From Candidatus Ghiorseimicrobium undicola (GTDB lineage: Bacteria > Omnitrophota > Gorgyraeia > Ghiorseimicrobiales > Ghiorseimicrobiaceae), in the NCBI GenBank assembly GCA_002796125.1, contig PCWA01000015.1, positions 11,650 through 73,903 of the forward strand: a DNA stretch of 62,254 nt. The letters are read 5' to 3'. This document shows, piece by piece, positions 10,039 to 19,461 of this stretch. The position numbers and the translations under genes were made by a program. How positions within the stretch are numbered: position 1 is the first letter of the stretch; each line of letters begins with the position of its first letter. The notes under the pieces were generated by a model that was given only the letters and a program-made list of their open reading frames with translations, was not told the DNA's origin and made no database searches.

Positions 10039-10111
10039 CGTAATTAGTAACTTTTAATCCGTAGTTTTTAATTACCAGTTACTAATTACCAATTACTAAT
10101 TACTAGTTACG
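10039..10111. repeat. Heptamer array (ARTTACN x6) with an upstream inverted partial copy
   Basis: aattacc agttact aattacc aattact aattact agttacg at 10070-10111; cgtaattagtaact at 10039-10052 is the reverse complement of agttactaattacg. Confidence 0.85.
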
Positions 10112-10117
10112 AAAAAC

Positions 10118-10639
10118 ATGAAATGCCCTTTTTGCGGCTATCAGGAAGATAAGGTTGTGGATTCCCGCTCAAGCTCCGAAGGTGCCTCTGTGCGCAGGCG
10201 CCGCGAGTGCATTAAGTGCGGCAGGCGTTTTACGACTTATGAGTATATTGAAGATATGCAGCTTATGGTAATAAAAAAAGACGGCCGGCGGGAGGCCTTT
10301 GACAGAAAAAAAATACAGGCGGGCGTGGCAAGGGCCTGCGAGAAGCGCCCGGTAAGCATAGAGAAAATAGACGATTTAGTAACCAATACCGAAAGATTCA
10401 TTTTAAAAAAATTTGACCGGGAAGTGCCTTCAACTTTTATCGGCGAATTGATAATGACTAAATTAGCGCAGCTGGATGATGTTGCTTATGTGCGGTTTGC
10501 TTCGGTATATCGCCAGTTCAGGGATGTTAACCAGTTTATGAGTGAATTAAAAAATATCTTGGATAAAGGGGCTTCTTTTGAAAGATTGATTAAACCTAAG
10601 GCTAAAATTAAGCCTAATAAGAAGAAAAAGAAAAAATAA
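10118..10639 (+). CDS. nrdR: Transcriptional repressor NrdR
   Basis: MKCPFC, RRRECIKC Zn ribbon, ATP cone, VAYVRFASVY. Confidence 0.97.
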   Translation: MKCPFCGYQEDKVVDSRSSSEGASVRRRRECIKCGRRFTTYEYIEDMQLMVIKKDGRREAFDRKKIQAGVARACEKRPVSIEKIDDLVTNTERFILKKFDREVPSTFIGELIMTKLAQLDDVAYVRFASVYRQFRDVNQFMSELKNILDKGASFERLIKPKAKIKPNKKKKKK

Positions 10640-10667
10640 TTTTTAATATTATCGCCGGGAGTATATC

Positions 10668-11078
10668 ATGATCGCCATGGAGTTAAACAAAATAATCATT
10701 GATGAAAAAAGGCATGACCAGATTATAGTATTAAAGGAAAAAGCCGGCGAAAGGGTCCTTCCTATCGTTATAGGCATAACCGAGGCATCGGCTATAAAAA
10801 TACAGCTTTCCGGGGTGCAAACTCCCCGCCCGATGACCCACGATTTACTTAAAAACATCCTGGAAAACTTGGAAGCCACGATAGATAAGATAATCATTGA
10901 TAAGCTTCAAGATAATACTTTTCATGCCAAAATAGTGGTTAGCATGGATGGTAAAACAAAGTTTGTTGATGCCAGGCCTTCCGATAGCATAGCGTTGGCA
11001 GTAAGGACTAAATCTCCTATTTTTGTAGAAGACGAGGTTTTAAATAAGTCGACGCAGCTCGGTACAGGGGAAAAATAG
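10668..11078 (+). CDS. Bifunctional nuclease family protein (DUF151)
   Basis: LPIVIGITEA, RPMTHDL, FHAKI, DARPSDSIALA. Confidence 0.9.
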   Translation: MIAMELNKIIIDEKRHDQIIVLKEKAGERVLPIVIGITEASAIKIQLSGVQTPRPMTHDLLKNILENLEATIDKIIIDKLQDNTFHAKIVVSMDGKTKFVDARPSDSIALAVRTKSPIFVEDEVLNKSTQLGTGEK

Positions 11079-11079
11079 G

Positions 11080-12516
11080 ATGGACCTTATTATCCCTCTA
11101 AAAAAAAACCCTGTCCTTAAGAACGTCATAAGCTTTAGCCGTAAATCCGGATGTAAGGTTTATCTTGTCGGAGGATTTGTCCGGGATTTATTCTTGCGCA
11201 AAGAAAGCCTTGACCTTGATTTTGCCGTAGATAAAGATGCGATAAATTTTGCGCGATATGTCGCCGGAAAAATCGGCGGAAATTTTATTATCCTGGATAA
11301 GGAACACGGCTCAGCCAGGGTTATTGCCGGGCGCCGGGAGGCTTCTTTTACTCTGGATTTTACCGATTTTCGCGGTGAAGATATAACGGCGGATTTATCA
11401 AAAAGGGATTTTACGGTTAACGCCCTTGCCTTGGATATTTTAGATATAGCTGGCGCGCAAAAGCTTTCAGATATATTAATTGATCCTTATTCCGGCATCA
11501 GCGATATAAAAGCAAAGATAATCCGCGTTATAAACAATAAGACATTTTTAGAAGATCCGTTAAGAATGCTGCGCGCGTTTAGCTTGTCTGCTGTTTTGGG
11601 TTTTTCTATGGCCCAGAGCACTGTTAAGTTAATTTCGAGGAATAAAAAAGGAATAACCAATGCTGCTTCCGAGCGGATACGAGAGGAATTGTTTAAGATA
11701 TTGGCAACTGCTAACAGCGCGGATTTTTTTATAAAAATGGATAAGGCGGGGATTTTAAGCGCTATTATACCGCAGGTCAATTTAATGAGGGGCGTAGCCC
11801 AGGGCCCATACCACCACCTTGATGTCCTTAATCATTCGTTTGAAGCAATGCTGCAGATGGATAGGCTGTGTGAAGAATTAAAAAGGCGCGGTAAAATAAT
11901 GGCTTATCTTAAAGAAATTATTGCTTGTGGGCATCGGCGCATAGCCGTGCTTAAATTAGCCGCTTTTTTGCATGATATAGGTAAGCCGGACGCTTTAACA
12001 TACGATGCCGGAAAAACTAAATTTCACGGCCACGAATATATAGGCAAAAAAATTGCTGTCAAAATATGCGACAACCTCAAGCTTTCTTTAAAAGAGAAAG
12101 AAGCAATAAAAACAATGATCTTCTGGCACCTAAGGCCGGGATATCTTGCTGATTATCCTCATATAAGCGAAAGGGCCATATTCAGGTATTTTCGCGATAC
12201 GGCCGAAGAAGGGGTGAGTGTTTTACTTTTATCTATTTCTGATCAGCGCGCAACCCGCGGCCCATTGACTCATCAGGAAAGCCGGATACGCCATGAGAAG
12301 GTTTGTTTATGGCTTGCTAAAGAATATTTTCGCAGAAAAGAAGAGAAAAAGCTTCCGCGGTTAATTACAGGCAACGATTTAATTAAAAAGCTTAAGCTTA
12401 TTCCGGGCCCGATATTTGGCAGGATATTGGAGGCGGTTGAAGAAGAGCAGGCTGCCGGAGAAATAGCGACAAAGGCGCAGGCATTAAAATTAGCAAGACG
12501 GATGGCAAAATGTTAA
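11080..12516 (+). CDS. Class II tRNA nucleotidyltransferase with HD domain (probably CC-adding)
   Basis: GGFVRD, DLD, RDFTVNA, EDPLR, ERIREE, HDIGKP. Confidence 0.88.
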   Translation: MDLIIPLKKNPVLKNVISFSRKSGCKVYLVGGFVRDLFLRKESLDLDFAVDKDAINFARYVAGKIGGNFIILDKEHGSARVIAGRREASFTLDFTDFRGEDITADLSKRDFTVNALALDILDIAGAQKLSDILIDPYSGISDIKAKIIRVINNKTFLEDPLRMLRAFSLSAVLGFSMAQSTVKLISRNKKGITNAASERIREELFKILATANSADFFIKMDKAGILSAIIPQVNLMRGVAQGPYHHLDVLNHSFEAMLQMDRLCEELKRRGKIMAYLKEIIACGHRRIAVLKLAAFLHDIGKPDALTYDAGKTKFHGHEYIGKKIAVKICDNLKLSLKEKEAIKTMIFWHLRPGYLADYPHISERAIFRYFRDTAEEGVSVLLLSISDQRATRGPLTHQESRIRHEKVCLWLAKEYFRRKEEKKLPRLITGNDLIKKLKLIPGPIFGRILEAVEEEQAAGEIATKAQALKLARRMAKC

Positions 12517-13394
12517 TTAAAGGCATTGAAATTGAAGTTGTGAACGCGGATATTGCCCGGATAGAAGTTGATGCCATAGTCAGCGGCGCTGACTCAAGCC
12601 TTACGATACGTAATAATTTAGCTAAATCATTCCATGCTGATCCCGGCATGCCGGTGTTGACTCAGGCCGAAGGGGTTTTAGCAAAATATATTATAGATGT
12701 TGTTGTTTTAAAAGATAACGGCGGGACTGATGAGTCAATTATAAGGAAAGCTGTAGCCGGAGCTTTAAAAATAGCGGATGGCAAAGGTTTTCGTTCTCTG
12801 GCATTTTCCGCCCTGGGTTGTGAAACGGGAAGGTTTGAGTATTCCGCCAGCGCAAAGATAATATCCCAGGAAATATTCCGTCAGATACAAGAAAATAAAA
12901 ATCTCAAACTTAAAAAAATTATTTTTGCCTTAAAAGATAATAACGCGTATGCCGCCTTTAATAAATCGGCGTTAGGATACCTTGGCTATATAAGCAAGAA
13001 AGCGCAATCCGGGCCTTTTATTACCGTAGACGCGATTATTAAGCTGGGAAAAGGGCTTGTCGTAATCGAGCGTACTAATCCTCCCTTTGGCTGGGCGCTC
13101 CCCGGGGGATTTGTTGATTATGGGGAGAGCCTTGAAGAGGCAGTCGTGCGAGAAGCCAAGGAGGAAACATCGCTGGATTTATATAACCTAGAACAGTTCC
13201 ATACTTATTCTGAATATGGCCGTGACCCACGCTTTCATACAATCACTACAGTATTCATAGCTGATGCCGAAGGTAAGCCGCGCGCTGATTCTGACGCGAA
13301 AAATATAAGGATAATAACTAAAAAAGACCTGCAAGAGCTAAGTTTTGCTTTTGATCACAAGGAAATATTAAAAGGATACTTTGGGCGATGTTAA
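12510..13394 (+). CDS. Macro domain (degenerate) - Nudix hydrolase fusion
   Basis: [12 protein letters not shown] and SLAFSALG macro elements; Nudix box [21 protein letters not shown]; RDPRFH; AFDH. Confidence 0.82.
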   Translation: MLIKGIEIEVVNADIARIEVDAIVSGADSSLTIRNNLAKSFHADPGMPVLTQAEGVLAKYIIDVVVLKDNGGTDESIIRKAVAGALKIADGKGFRSLAFSALGCETGRFEYSASAKIISQEIFRQIQENKNLKLKKIIFALKDNNAYAAFNKSALGYLGYISKKAQSGPFITVDAIIKLGKGLVVIERTNPPFGWALPGGFVDYGESLEEAVVREAKEETSLDLYNLEQFHTYSEYGRDPRFHTITTVFIADAEGKPRADSDAKNIRIITKKDLQELSFAFDHKEILKGYFGRC

Positions 13395-14428
13395 ATATAG
13401 ACGGAAGCCATTTGGAAGGCGGAGGCCAGATTTTAAGAACAGCAGCCGCCTTATCCATAATAACTCAGGTTCCTGTTAAAATAAGTAAAATACGCAAAGG
13501 CAGGAAAGAGCCCGGTTTAAAAGCCCAGCACTTGTCTGTTTTATCCGTATTTAAACAGTTATACGCGGCTAAAGTAGAAGGAGCAAAACTTTCTTCCAGT
13601 GAAATAGTTTTTATACCGCAGAAGAAAGTAAAAAATAATTTCTGCGATATAGATGTAGGGACAGCCGGTTCAATAGGGCTGATTCTTCAATCGGTGTTGC
13701 CGGCATGCCTTTTTACCGCCCCGGAGGACATGTTTATTAATATAAAAGGGGGCACCTGCGGATTGGGGGCTATGCCGGTTGATTATTATCTTAACGTAAT
13801 TTTCCCTTTGCTTTATCGTTCCGGGATAAGAGCGAAACTTCAGGTTATAAGGAGAGGTTATTACCCCAAAGGAGGAGGGGAAGTATCTTTGCAAATAAAA
13901 CCGGTAAAATATTTTCGGCCTATAGAATTAATCAAGCAGGGTGAAATAAAGAGGATTTCCGGATTAAGCATAGCAAGCGATAATCTTTCTTCGTCTAAGG
14001 CGGCTCAGAGGCAGGCGGAGGCCGCGGCCGGTGTTTTTCGCCGCAATCTCAAAGATATACCGGTAGAAATAAAATGCCAATATGTGCATACTTTTTCGGT
14101 AGGCTCGGAGATAAACATATATGCTTATACGGATAAAGATGTTATATTGGGTTCTGATGCTATAGGCGAACAGAAAAAAATGGCTGAAACCGTAGGTGAA
14201 GAAGCGGCCGATAAGCTGGTTAAGGAAATCGCCTCAGGGGCTTGCTGCGATAGGCATCTGAGCGACAATTTGATTCCTTATCTGGCTTTATTGGGAGGCA
14301 GGATTAAGGCCGGGGAGATTTCCGAACACACCAAAACAAATATCTGGGTAAGCGAGCTGTTTTTTGGTAAAATATTTAAAATAGAGGAAAATGAGATTGC
14401 GGTAGAAGAGGGAAGGTTTCGAAGTTAA
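13388..14428 (+). CDS. rtcA: RNA 3'-terminal phosphate cyclase
   Basis: [32 protein letters not shown], active-site His in DRHLSDNL. Confidence 0.93.
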   Translation: MLNIDGSHLEGGGQILRTAAALSIITQVPVKISKIRKGRKEPGLKAQHLSVLSVFKQLYAAKVEGAKLSSSEIVFIPQKKVKNNFCDIDVGTAGSIGLILQSVLPACLFTAPEDMFINIKGGTCGLGAMPVDYYLNVIFPLLYRSGIRAKLQVIRRGYYPKGGGEVSLQIKPVKYFRPIELIKQGEIKRISGLSIASDNLSSSKAAQRQAEAAAGVFRRNLKDIPVEIKCQYVHTFSVGSEINIYAYTDKDVILGSDAIGEQKKMAETVGEEAADKLVKEIASGACCDRHLSDNLIPYLALLGGRIKAGEISEHTKTNIWVSELFFGKIFKIEENEIAVEEGRFRS

Positions 14429-14461
14429 TCCTGTTTGGCGGCGGGATTGAGGAGGAGGGCT

Positions 14462-14944
14462 ATGGCGATTATAAATTTTTCCAAAAAGAAAGGGCCATCT
14501 AAGAAAAAAATAAAGCCAAAAATAAATAAACAGAAAAAGAAAACCTCTTTTTTAAAGAAAAAGGCGCCCAAGGCAAGAAAGGTTAGTAAGCCGGCTGTTA
14601 AAACAAAGAAAATAAAATCTCCTATTAAGGCAGCCGCTAGGCGTTCATTAAAACGCTCAAAGCCGAACTTATCTAAATATACCCCCTCCCCAGATGAAAA
14701 ATTTGTAGGTAAAATTACTCATTATTTTCCTAAAGTAAAAGCCGCGGTAATCAAAATTAGCGATGGTAGCCTCAGCTTGAAAGACACGATACGCCTCAAG
14801 GGCCATACTACCGATTTTAAGCAAAATATAGTTTCTATGCAAATAGACCGTAGGCCGATCGAAAAAGCGCAAAAGCCCGATGAAATAGGCCTGCGGGTTA
14901 ATCAGCGCGTTAGGATTAATGATCAGGTTTATAAATTATTATGA
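14462..14944 (+). CDS. Lys-rich N-terminus plus EF-Tu domain II / U32 C-terminal-like beta-barrel
   Basis: VGKITHYFPKVKAAVI ... GHTTDFKQ ... SMQID ... IGLRV. Start moved to ATG 14462 after gaggagg. Confidence 0.7.
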   Translation: MAIINFSKKKGPSKKKIKPKINKQKKKTSFLKKKAPKARKVSKPAVKTKKIKSPIKAAARRSLKRSKPNLSKYTPSPDEKFVGKITHYFPKVKAAVIKISDGSLSLKDTIRLKGHTTDFKQNIVSMQIDRRPIEKAQKPDEIGLRVNQRVRINDQVYKLL

Positions 14945-15756
14945 GAGCGGCCATTGATAATTCGCTGCCAGGTAATCATCATTTTTTAAAAGATTATCCA
15001 AAAAAGACATTAAAAAATAAAGATTTAATGTTTCAAGATAAATTCCGTAAGCGCCAACATTTTATTTCCAAGAAAGCAGGTAGGGCGATACATGACTACC
15101 GCATGATAGAAGACGGCGATCGGATACTGGTTGGTGTTTCCGGAGGAAAAGACAGCCTGTCTCTGCTTAAAATTTTAGAGGATAGAAAAAAATTTGTACC
15201 TATAAAATACGACGTTATAGCTATGCATGTTGACTTTGGCTATCATTGCCTCGGCCCTGATTTGCTGGCAGATTATTTTAAGCGGCATGGTTATGAATAC
15301 CGGATTAAGAAGGTCGACATATTAAAGAAGGGCCAGAGCCGTGCGGATATAACTTGTTTTTGGTGCTCTTGGAATAGGAGGAAAACGATATTTAAGGCGG
15401 CCGAAAGCTTAGGCTGCAATAAAGTTGCCCTGGGCCACCATAAGGATGATATCGTAGAAACGGTATTGCTGAATTTATTTTTCCTTGGAGAAATCAGCGG
15501 TATGCGCCCGCGGCAGGAATTGTTTGGCGGTAAGCTTACTTTGATCAGGCCGCTTGCTTACGTTATGGAAGAAGAGATACGCGGTTTTGCCAAAACCCTT
15601 GATTTTCCCATACAGCGTTGTAAGTGCCCCAATTCTTTTACTTCAAAGCGTACATTTGTAGAAAAAATAATCGCTCAAATAAAAGAAGAATGCCCGGACG
15701 TAAAAACCAATATTTTTAATTCACTTAAACGCATAAAGAAAGATTATCTATTATGA
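14941..15756 (+). CDS. ttcA: tRNA 2-thiocytidine(32) synthetase TtcA family
   Basis: SGGKDS PP-loop, CFWC, GHHKDD, IRPL, CKCP. True start may be ATG 15028. Confidence 0.88.
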   Translation: MRAAIDNSLPGNHHFLKDYPKKTLKNKDLMFQDKFRKRQHFISKKAGRAIHDYRMIEDGDRILVGVSGGKDSLSLLKILEDRKKFVPIKYDVIAMHVDFGYHCLGPDLLADYFKRHGYEYRIKKVDILKKGQSRADITCFWCSWNRRKTIFKAAESLGCNKVALGHHKDDIVETVLLNLFFLGEISGMRPRQELFGGKLTLIRPLAYVMEEEIRGFAKTLDFPIQRCKCPNSFTSKRTFVEKIIAQIKEECPDVKTNIFNSLKRIKKDYLL

Positions 15757-16289
15757 ACAAAAAAAATAAAATTTTGCCGGCGGTTTTATATCCCGTAATA
15801 TTTTTATTAGTAGTATTTATTTCTTCGGGTTGCAGTACTTATAATTACGCAAGAGGCGGTGAAAGCTATGCTGGAGGGTATGTGGTTTTGCGTAATAATA
15901 ATATAATACCGGAATACACCATAGGCAGGGAAAATACTGCTCCGCAAGAATTAAGCCTGGCAAAAAAAAGATTTGGCAGAAGAAAAGATAAGGTTGACCG
16001 CTTTTATAAAAAAATTGGTATTTTCTACAGCCCATTTAATTCAATTGTAGGTTATCCGCGGGCTTTTCTGGGTGTATTATGCGGCTTATTCAAGCTTCCT
16101 TTCATGATAGTTTCCGATTACCGGTATGAGCATAACCCAAAATATAAAGAAATTATCGATAGTAGGGAAGAAAAAAGGAAAATGCGGCAGGATGAGGAGC
16201 TGGATAGATTAAAGCAGGAACTAAACCTTTTTATAGAAAAAGACTTAGAAATAGAAGAAGAGCTGGAAAAGGCTTTACAACTTAAATAG
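15753..16289 (+). CDS. Hypothetical lipoprotein
   Basis: Basic N-terminus, hydrophobic stretch and ISSGC lipobox; tight overlap with neighbours. Confidence 0.65.
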   Translation: MNKKNKILPAVLYPVIFLLVVFISSGCSTYNYARGGESYAGGYVVLRNNNIIPEYTIGRENTAPQELSLAKKRFGRRKDKVDRFYKKIGIFYSPFNSIVGYPRAFLGVLCGLFKLPFMIVSDYRYEHNPKYKEIIDSREEKRKMRQDEELDRLKQELNLFIEKDLEIEEELEKALQLK

Positions 16290-16291
16290 AG

Positions 16292-17548
16292 ATGAATTTA
16301 TTTATATTTATTATAGCGGTGTCTATAGGTATTAGCGTTGGTGTGGTTGTTGCGTTTATCTTACGGGCCGGGGATAAAAGAAAGATTAAAGAAATCGCGC
16401 AGGAGCTTTCCCGTGAAAACGAAGCTCAGCGCCGCGCGGATATCGATGCCGTTATTGAAAATGTAAAGGCAAATTTTGGAAAACTTTCTCTTGATGCTTT
16501 GTCAAAGTCTACGGAAGAACTTTTAAAATTAGCCGGATCGAAACTTGACACACAAAGGCAGCTGAATATTCAGGAAATGGAAAGAAACAAGGGCCTGATA
16601 GATCAACAACTGGTACGCATGTCTGCTGAACTTGAAAGCGTTTCTGAACTTGTGCGCTGCCTTGAGAGGGACAGAGAGCAGAAATTCGGCGAGCTGACTA
16701 ATCAGCTGAAGATGACTAATGAACAGAGCGTGTTGCTTATGCAGGTGACCAGTAGTTTAAGAGAGGCTCTGTCGGGGACGAAGTCAAGGGGCCAATGGGG
16801 AGAACGGATAGCTGAAGATGTTTTAAGGATTGCGGGATTTATTGAGAATATTAATTATTTAAAACAAAAGACTATTGAGAATGCCGGTTCCCGCCCTGAT
16901 TTCACGTTTTTACTGCCGCGCAACCTTAAGCTGAATATGGACGTTAAATTCCCCTGGGATAATTACGTTAAGTTTTTAGAATCTGAATCGGATACGGATA
17001 AATTAAAGTACCGCGATGATTTTTTACGGGATGTAAGAGCGAAGATTAAAGAGGTCACCAGCCGCGAATATATAAATCCGGAACAGGACACCGTTGATTA
17101 CGCGCTTTTATTTATCCCCAATGAGCAGGTTTATGCTTTTATTCATGAGCAGGATAGTTCAATTCTTGATACAGGCATAAAAAATAGGGTAATTTTTTGT
17201 TCACCGGTAACCCTTTATGCCGTTTTGGCCGTTATCCGCCAGGCTGTCGATAATTTTAGCTTAGAGCAGACATCGAATGAAATACTGTCATTATTGGGCA
17301 TGTTTAAAAAACAATGGGTTGAATTTTTGAAGAAACTGGAATCTTTAGGTAAAAAAATCGAAGACGCGCAGAAGGACTATGAGGCACTTACGACAACCCG
17401 CCAGCGGCAGCTGGAAAAACCTTTGAATAAAATTGAGTCTTTAAGAACGCAAAAGAAATTACCGATTGCCGATTTTCCAGGCGAGGATCAATTTTCCGCT
17501 TCCGAAGAAATTAAGGAAGGTGGAAAGGAGGCGTATGAGGGTAAATGA
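16292..17548 (+). CDS. rmuC: DNA recombination protein RmuC
   Basis: N-terminal TM and coiled coil, RGQWGE, RPDF, DVKFP, LFIPNE, SPVTL. Confidence 0.92.
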   Translation: MNLFIFIIAVSIGISVGVVVAFILRAGDKRKIKEIAQELSRENEAQRRADIDAVIENVKANFGKLSLDALSKSTEELLKLAGSKLDTQRQLNIQEMERNKGLIDQQLVRMSAELESVSELVRCLERDREQKFGELTNQLKMTNEQSVLLMQVTSSLREALSGTKSRGQWGERIAEDVLRIAGFIENINYLKQKTIENAGSRPDFTFLLPRNLKLNMDVKFPWDNYVKFLESESDTDKLKYRDDFLRDVRAKIKEVTSREYINPEQDTVDYALLFIPNEQVYAFIHEQDSSILDTGIKNRVIFCSPVTLYAVLAVIRQAVDNFSLEQTSNEILSLLGMFKKQWVEFLKKLESLGKKIEDAQKDYEALTTTRQRQLEKPLNKIESLRTQKKLPIADFPGEDQFSASEEIKEGGKEAYEGK

Positions 17549-17760
17549 AGATTGATATACGCATAATTCCCAATGCTGGAAAAAATAAAATATTGAAGCA
17601 GGATAACGGGTTAAAAATATATATAAATGCTCCTGCTGTTGAGGGCAAGGCCAACAAGGCTTTAATCAATATCCTGGCGGATTATTTTGATCTGCCAAAG
17701 TCGCGGATTAGCATAATAAAGGGAGAAAAATCACGTAATAAAGTAGTTGATATAACATAA
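17545..17760 (+). CDS. DUF167 (YggU) family protein
   Basis: PNAGKN, APAVEGKANKAL, KGEKSRNK. Confidence 0.88.
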   Translation: MKIDIRIIPNAGKNKILKQDNGLKIYINAPAVEGKANKALINILADYFDLPKSRISIIKGEKSRNKVVDIT

Positions 17761-18461
17761 TGATAAGAGTAGAAAACAGTTTTCGCATATTTTCCGGTTT
17801 TAATATTATTGCCTCTTTCAGCGGCGGAGAGAAAAATTTAGGCCTTGATTATATGGAAGGCGTAAAAAACCGCAAAGAATTCCTTGATTTTTTAGGGCTA
17901 AATTATGAAAATTTAGTTTCTGCCGGGCAGGTACATGGCAAGAACATATCATTTGCCGGTATTTCGCAAAAAGGAAAAGTCATCGCGAATACGGACGCCC
18001 TTATTACTAATGTAAAAAATATAATTCTTTCCGTGTTTACCGCGGATTGCCTACCTATATTTATCTATGACAGGAAAAATAATGCGCTAGGTTTAGTGCA
18101 TGCCGGATGGCGCGGCAGCCGGCAACTTATCGTGGTGGATACAATTACTCGGATGGCTAAAAATTTTAATACAAAAACCGAAGATTTATTTTGCGCGTTT
18201 GGGCCGGCGATAGGGGCATGTTGTTATCAGGTTGGCGATGAATTTAGGGATTATTTCGATGATGGGTTATCGATACGCGGCAATAAGCCCTATTTGGATT
18301 TAGCATATCTTAATAAAAAACAGCTTTTTTCTTTAGGGCTAAAGGATAAGCAGATAGAGGATGTCGGTATTTGTACTTGCTGTAACGAAGAAAATTTTTT
18401 CTCTTATCGTAGGGAAGGAAAAAATACGGGGCGAACAATGTCGGTGATGATGCTAAAATAA
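17760..18461 (+). CDS. pgeF: Peptidoglycan editing factor / purine nucleoside phosphorylase YfiH family
   Basis: QVHG, DALIT, TADCLP, HAGWRG, GPAIGACCY, FFSYRR. Confidence 0.92.
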   Translation: MIRVENSFRIFSGFNIIASFSGGEKNLGLDYMEGVKNRKEFLDFLGLNYENLVSAGQVHGKNISFAGISQKGKVIANTDALITNVKNIILSVFTADCLPIFIYDRKNNALGLVHAGWRGSRQLIVVDTITRMAKNFNTKTEDLFCAFGPAIGACCYQVGDEFRDYFDDGLSIRGNKPYLDLAYLNKKQLFSLGLKDKQIEDVGICTCCNEENFFSYRREGKNTGRTMSVMMLK

Positions 18462-18466
18462 AAGGA

Positions 18467-18955
18467 TTGATTATGCCTAAAGTCTTAATTGCTTATTATT
18501 CACGTTCGGGAACAACAGAAAAAATGGCTAAATTGATTGCGCGGGGCGTTTCTAAAGAGGGAATAGAGCCCGATATCAGAAAGGTGGCTGATATAAAAGC
18601 AGAGGAATTATTAAAATACGACGGCATAGTCATCGGGTCGCCGACTTATTATGGAACAATGAGTTATGAGGTAAAAAAATTATTTGATGAAAGCGTGAAA
18701 TTCCATGGAAAACTTGAGGGAAAAGTGGGCGGAGCTTTTTCCTCAAGCGCCAATGTCGCCGGGGGGAATGAAACAACCATTATGGATATAATAGATGCGC
18801 TTTTAATCCATGGCTTAATTGTACAGGGAGACCCGCGAGGAGACCATTATGGGCCGGTAGCGGTAGGATCCATTGACGGGCGCGCGGAAAAAGAATGCCT
18901 GAAATTCGGAGGAAGAATAGCAAATCTGGTAAAAAAAGTAGGGGAGGAGGCTTAG
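18467..18955 (+). CDS. Flavodoxin / WrbA-like NAD(P)H-dependent oxidoreductase
   Basis: YYSRSGTTEKMA, GSPTYYG, GGNETT, HYG. Confidence 0.88.
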   Translation: MIMPKVLIAYYSRSGTTEKMAKLIARGVSKEGIEPDIRKVADIKAEELLKYDGIVIGSPTYYGTMSYEVKKLFDESVKFHGKLEGKVGGAFSSSANVAGGNETTIMDIIDALLIHGLIVQGDPRGDHYGPVAVGSIDGRAEKECLKFGGRIANLVKKVGEEA

Positions 18956-18957
18956 TT

Positions 18958-19170
18958 ATGTCCATCGCCAGAAGTCAGATACATGATTTGAATAATTTTT
19001 TAAATAAGATTACCATAACCTGCGGCAGCATGAAAGATATGCTTGAAACAGGCCCTTTAAGTGGCATGCCCGTTGAGAGGTTAGAAAAGATTAATACTGA
19101 GCTGATTTCCGCCTTTTCAAATATAGAACAGTCAGCTATGGATATATCCGCCATGTTATTTAAGGCTTAG
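18958..19170 (+). CDS. 70-aa hypothetical protein resembling a stand-alone HisKA H-box helix pair
   Basis: ATG after ggaggagg; IHDLNNFLNKI. Track ORF 18895 extends it upstream, overlapping the previous gene. Confidence 0.55.
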   Translation: MSIARSQIHDLNNFLNKITITCGSMKDMLETGPLSGMPVERLEKINTELISAFSNIEQSAMDISAMLFKA

Positions 19171-19182
19171 GTTGCCTAAAGT

Positions 19183-19387
19183 AAATTGCCTAAATTGCGG
19201 CTGATTAGTATCGCCGCTTTGGCCCGATTTCTCGCGGGGACGCGTAATTTTCCCCAGCGTGGAAAATTACGCTCGGCTACTCGGCCTCGCTCTGGCCAAT
19301 ATGTAATCAAAGGCCAACCGTGCCCGCTCGGCCTGCGTACGCCCCGCTCAAAATCAGGCCAAGCCGGCAGATGAATTTAGGCAATTT
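19183..19387. mobile_element. MITE-like structured element with 14-bp terminal inverted repeats
   Basis: aaattgcctaaatt (19183-19196) and aatttaggcaattt (19374-19387); internal 12-bp hairpin gcgtaattttcc/ggaaaattacgc (19242-19272); GC-rich interior. Confidence 0.65.
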
Positions 19388-19461
19388 TCAGTATACTGCC
19401 AAGGTTTAAGATAGTAAAGCTGCAGCCATGTTTTTATGGTAAAATTGTAAATGGATGTTAT

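Noticed and set aside
19186-19374. 62-aa track ORF inside the inverted-repeat element
   Set aside because: TTG start, no RBS, Arg/Pro-rich composition expected from GC-rich repeat DNA; treated as non-coding.
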